This document shows, piece after piece, positions 60,608 to 64,000 of a DNA stretch of 64,000 nucleotides (its first letter is position 1; every line of letters begins with the position of its first letter). The position numbers were made by a program, and so were the translations under genes. This DNA comes from Oligoflexia bacterium (lineage in GTDB: Bacteria > Bdellovibrionota > UBA1018), in NCBI GenBank assembly GCA_043732485.1, contig JAYTHP010000114.1:846-64845 (forward strand), read 5' to 3'. The notes below the pieces were generated by a model. It made no database searches and was not told the origin of the DNA. It worked only from the letters and a program-made list of their open reading frames with translations.

Positions 60608-60641
60608 GTGGTTGAGAGACTCGCGCGACTCTCTTAACCAC
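60608..60641. repeat. 34-nt near-perfect palindrome / long hairpin
   Basis: gtggttgagagactcgcgcgactctcttaaccac. Of 17 possible pairs, 15 are Watson-Crick, one is G-T and one is a mismatch. Confidence 0.7.
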
Positions 60642-60684
60642 GAGCCCCCCCCTCTCTGGCTTCGGCTGTCTCAAGGCTTTAAGC

Positions 60685-60723
60685 GGTGAGCGACCCACGC
60701 AGCTAAGCTCACCTCTTTTTTTT
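60685..60723 (+). terminator. Rho-independent terminator-like hairpin
   Basis: ggtgagc (60685-60691) pairs with gctcacc (60707-60713) across a 15-nt loop, followed by tc and then T8 (60716-60723). Confidence 0.6.
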
Positions 60724-60915
60724 CTGAAGTCAAGGATGGAGCTTGCAGCGGGGTGGAGTGTGGGAGGGATTTTTTTAAGCTTGACACCAGACAATACGAA
60801 AAACACCTCCATTCATGCTGAATCACGCTCATCAGGAGCACAAGCCCCGCTCCCACGTAAGACCAAAAATGACCTCAACAAACGCGTTATTTTTCATCTA
60901 AAAAAGGAAAAAACT

Positions 60916-62517
60916 ATGCCGCTGCAACCTTTGAACTGCGAAACGTCCCCACCGCTTGACGCCTTAAGTTGCGCCGCCAACGCTACCGCCGCTACCGCGC
61001 TGACCACTCACGTACCCCTGTCCATAGCCAGCACCCGCCGCTCGCCTCGATTGCCTCGGCTTACGGCGCCAGTTGCGCTCCCTCAGTGCGTGCTTTTGCT
61101 GACGCTTGCCCTGAGCCTGAACCCTTGGCACAGCGTTGCTGACGCCGTGCCCTACTTACCGGTGGGAGCCGCGCGTGCCAAAAAACCGCTGCTGTCATTT
61201 CCCCGCGTCCAGGCGGCTGAGGGGCAACCCCAGCGAGCGTTGGCCCTGCCGCTAGCAGAAAGCCTTGACCAAACTCTCCGCAATGATCTGGTTTTTATTG
61301 ATCTTTTTAAGCTAACGGAAGAGCGCCCAGCGATGACGGCAGCAAGCGCCCTCAGCTTACCTGCACTCTCAAGTCAGGATGTGAGCGACGATCCCTTGTT
61401 ACCGCCAACTACCACCCAGAGAACGACCTCCTCCGGAGGAGGGGTCAAGAGTCCGCAAACCCCCGAAATTGACTTTGCAATCCAGACGTCTCTCAGCATG
61501 GTGACCTCCGTGCCGCCACCCCCAACGCCGACGGTGAGCGTGGATCTCACCGTGACGGATGAAATGGCGCACTCCGTGGCGCTCAAGCGCACTTACGTGG
61601 CAAAACTAGGGGACGTCAAAAACCTGGCCCACACCTTAGGCAATGATATCCTGACCGCTTTAACCGGTACGCCAGGGATTTTTCACACGAAAATCAGTAT
61701 GAGCTGCAGTAAAAACGGCAAAAAAGAGATCTATTGGATGAACTTTGATGGCAGCCACGTCGAGCAAATTAGCCATCATCACTCTTTGGCTTTAGCGCCT
61801 GCCTGGAGCCCCAACGGGCAACACTTAGCTTACTCGCTGTACACTCAGCACGCGAATCAAAGTAAAAACCTCGACCTTTACGAGTTTAACCTCGCAAACA
61901 ACACCCTCCGCGTACTCTCGCACCAGCGCGGCATTAATAGCGGCGCTGCCTACTCGCCAGACGGAAAAACCCTAGCCTTGACGCTCAGTTACCAAGGAAA
62001 CCCTGAAGTATATCTCATGAACCTAGCGACCCATGCGCTCACGCCAGTCACGCATTCTTTTGGCGTTAGCGTCGATCCGGCCTGGAGCCCTGACGGTCAA
62101 GAACTCTATTATGTCTCCTCGCAATCAGGCTCCCCAATGATCTACAAAGTCCGTTTGCGAGAGAAAACCCCGCCCGAGCGACTCACCTACGCTGGCAGCT
62201 ATAACGCTACCCCCAACGTCTCCCCCAAGGGCGACAAGGTGATCTTTGCGGGCTGGCTTGACAAATTCTTCGATCTCTTTATGATGAACCCGGACGGTAC
62301 TCACATCGAGCGCCTTACCGCTGACGCCGGGAGCAATGAAGACCCTGGTTTTAGCCCAGACGGTAACCTGATTGTGTTTAGCTCGAATCGCTCAGGCAAT
62401 CGCAACATTTACGTGATGAACCGGGATGGCAGCTTTGTCCGAAGACTCACCTATGGCATGGGAGATTGCGCTTCCCCCAAGTGGTCGCCGCCCCTTCCCG
62501 CAGGAGAACTTCCATGA
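60916..62517 (+). CDS. tolB: Tol-Pal system beta-propeller protein TolB
   Basis: Start at ATG 60916 (AAGGAAA 6 nt upstream) inside track ORF 60736. Has a signal-like LPQCVLLLTLALSL. PD40 repeats include WSPNGQHLAY, YSPDGKTLAL, WSPDGQELYYVS, SPKGDKVIFAG and FSPDGNLIVFSSNRSGNRNIYVMN. A low-complexity insert lies in the N-domain. Confidence 0.85.
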   Translation: MPLQPLNCETSPPLDALSCAANATAATALTTHVPLSIASTRRSPRLPRLTAPVALPQCVLLLTLALSLNPWHSVADAVPYLPVGAARAKKPLLSFPRVQAAEGQPQRALALPLAESLDQTLRNDLVFIDLFKLTEERPAMTAASALSLPALSSQDVSDDPLLPPTTTQRTTSSGGGVKSPQTPEIDFAIQTSLSMVTSVPPPPTPTVSVDLTVTDEMAHSVALKRTYVAKLGDVKNLAHTLGNDILTALTGTPGIFHTKISMSCSKNGKKEIYWMNFDGSHVEQISHHHSLALAPAWSPNGQHLAYSLYTQHANQSKNLDLYEFNLANNTLRVLSHQRGINSGAAYSPDGKTLALTLSYQGNPEVYLMNLATHALTPVTHSFGVSVDPAWSPDGQELYYVSSQSGSPMIYKVRLREKTPPERLTYAGSYNATPNVSPKGDKVIFAGWLDKFFDLFMMNPDGTHIERLTADAGSNEDPGFSPDGNLIVFSSNRSGNRNIYVMNRDGSFVRRLTYGMGDCASPKWSPPLPAGELP

Positions 62518-62900
62518 GACTGCAAAACCCCCATCTACCGCTTATCCACTCAACACCAACGGCGACCATGACAACGCCACACCCAGCCTCCGCCACCGAG
62601 ATTGATGAAAGACTGCGCAGGCGCTATCTGGATCGCTTGGAGCTCAGGGTCAAACGCCTGAGAAAGCTGCTGGTGGAGCGCGCCTGGGAAGAGTTGCGCT
62701 TAGAGTGCTGTCAAATTTCCCACAGCGCCGAGTCCTTTGGCTTCTCCTCCTTAACGGCGCTCGCCTTCGTGGCACAATCCGCCATTCCGGCAGGCAGAAT
62801 TCTCAAGGCCGCCACCCCCTTGCACGCTAAGGCAACCACCGAGACGCTGATTGCCTGCATCGATCAAATCTTGATCGAATACAAGGCTTCCCCAGTTTAA
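62514..62900 (+). CDS. small helical protein, possible HPt-like domain
   Basis: ATG 62514 overlaps the tolB stop (ATGA). ELRLECCQISHSAESFGFSSLTALAFVAQ loosely resembles the HxxKGxxxxxG helix of HPt domains. The assignment is weak. Confidence 0.4.
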   Translation: MRLQNPHLPLIHSTPTATMTTPHPASATEIDERLRRRYLDRLELRVKRLRKLLVERAWEELRLECCQISHSAESFGFSSLTALAFVAQSAIPAGRILKAATPLHAKATTETLIACIDQILIEYKASPV

Positions 62901-63242
62901 AAGCCTGTCTCCCGCAGCCGCCATCAGCATCAGCCCTTCCGCTGCGCCAGAGGCTAGGGGAAAAAATTAAAAAACAAGGGGTCTGTCCTTTTTTTAGTCT
63001 CCAGTCCTGCCATCTGCTCGTAACAATCCGCTAGGAATCCCGTAAGAAATTCCACTTCATTTTTTTCATCTTGCAATCTCCCCTGAAGCTTGCTTTGATA
63101 GAAGAAAGCGATCCTCAAGCGAAGAGTGCAAACGACTGACCCCAGTGACTGCGACCCCATGACTCTTGACGCGTCAGTCGAAGGAGTCCTCAAGCAACCG
63201 GGACGCAAACGAGAGATCAACACAGGAGTGAAAAGCAATTAT

Positions 63243-64000
63243 ATGACACTGCCGCGCGTAATGGTGATGGGGGGCGTTCGGACTCCTTTTGTTCGTGCCC
63301 GATCGGTTTTTCAGAAAATGCCTGCCTCTACCCTGGGAGGAGCAGCCTTGCGCGAGCTAGTGATGAGAACCAAGCTTGATCCTCATCTCATTGAAGAAAT
63401 TTACTTCGGGATTGTGAGTCCTCCAGCCGATGGCACCAATATCTCGCGCGAAGCGCTCTTTGATTCGCAATTACCGCCCACCATTCCTTGCACCACCATC
63501 AACCGCTATTGCGCCTCTTCGGCTGAAGCCGCCTCGGCTATTGCCGCTAAAATCCAGGCCGGACAAATCAGCGTCGGGATTGCAGGTGGGGTGGAATCGA
63601 TCAGCACGATTCGCGCCTTATTTAGCCAGCAAGCGACTGATTACTTTCAAGATTTTGGCAAGTTAAAGACTTGGCAGCAAAAACTGCAACACCTTGCCCG
63701 CTTCACTCCAGCCTTACTTGCCCCCTCAGCTCCAGCCATCAAAGAAGCCACCACGGGCTTGACGATGGGGCAGTCGGCGGATCTCATGGCCCGAGAATTC
63801 AAGATTAGTCGCTCGGACCAGGATCTTTTTGCCATGCAAAGTCACGTCAAAGCCCATGCGGCGCAAAGTAAGGGCTTTTATCAAAGCCACGTGATCCCGG
63901 TTGCCACCCCGGATGGCAAGGTGATCCATCAAGACACAGACATTCGTCCCGATTCCTCGTTTGAGAAGCTCTCAAAGCTCAGACCGGTTTTTTATCCAGA
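63243..64000 (+). CDS. acetyl-CoA C-acyltransferase / thiolase (N-terminal part; runs off right window edge)
   Basis: Not in the track because there is no stop in the window. Translation from ATG 63243 reads MTLPRVMVMGGVRTPFVRA...TTINRYCASSAEAASAIAAKIQAGQISVGIAGGVESIS...GLTMGQSADLMAREFKISR, which includes the active-site Cys block. Confidence 0.85.
   Translation, partial: MTLPRVMVMGGVRTPFVRARSVFQKMPASTLGGAALRELVMRTKLDPHLIEEIYFGIVSPPADGTNISREALFDSQLPPTIPCTTINRYCASSAEAASAIAAKIQAGQISVGIAGGVESISTIRALFSQQATDYFQDFGKLKTWQQKLQHLARFTPALLAPSAPAIKEATTGLTMGQSADLMAREFKISRSDQDLFAMQSHVKAHAAQSKGFYQSHVIPVATPDGKVIHQDTDIRPDSSFEKLSKLRPVFYP

Larger units (their letters stand above)
60600..60723 (+). ncRNA. candidate small RNA (5' long hairpin, C-rich single-stranded stretch, UUCG mini-hairpin, intrinsic terminator)
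   Basis: Structure only. The elements are the palindrome at 60608-60641, C8 plus CTCTC at 60645-60657, ggcttcggct, and then the terminator at 60685-60723. No promoter was identified and no homology was assessed. Confidence 0.25.

Noticed and set aside
62954-63238. 94-aa minus-strand ORF upstream of the thiolase gene
   Set aside because: It occupies the likely thiolase promoter or leader region, and it has no motifs or RBS.

Overview
This 64-kb chromosomal window comes from a diderm (Gram-negative-type) bacterium with roughly mid-50s % GC; I cannot place the lineage from sequence alone. Most of it is housekeeping. On the left are a BMP-type ABC transporter, dapD, several peptidases, a MinD/ParA-like ATPase with a J-like/RodZ-HTH partner, rluD, pgeF, a family-5 binding protein, ccdA plus a VKOR-DsbA fusion, tatD and a DEAD-box helicase. 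The centre holds an S53 peptidase, the sucA-sucB-lpdA operon, a 1079-aa HExxH/PD40/barrel-like protein, ygfZ and a yhaM-like gene. On the right is a long minus-strand envelope/division string (ftsE, ftsX, envC-like, ctp, xseA, M23 peptidase), followed by tolQ-tolR-tolA, tolB and a thiolase that runs off the right edge. I found no rRNA, tRNA, CRISPR array, intact transposase or integrase. Four regions look non-routine. (1) Three tandem paralogs (40.3-44.7 kb) fuse an N-terminal SH3b-like domain to a C-terminal OMP-like barrel; the first is translationally coupled to an M23 peptidase and the middle one is frameshifted. (2) Two tandem, colinear, eukaryote-like genes (12.1-15.4 kb) carry an F-box-like motif and RI-type LRRs; both are decayed by stops and frameshifts. 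(3) A 4.7-kb insert splits tolQRA from tolB. It carries two decayed COG1373 (AAA_14/DUF4143) ATPase genes, a perfect 64-bp palindrome, a diverged inverted-repeat pair, a phased ATTGCT repeat array and a hairpin/terminator cluster that could be a small RNA. (4) tolB is followed by an HPt-like ORF rather than pal. All functional calls rest on motif recognition by eye. No database search was run, and several start codons are uncertain.
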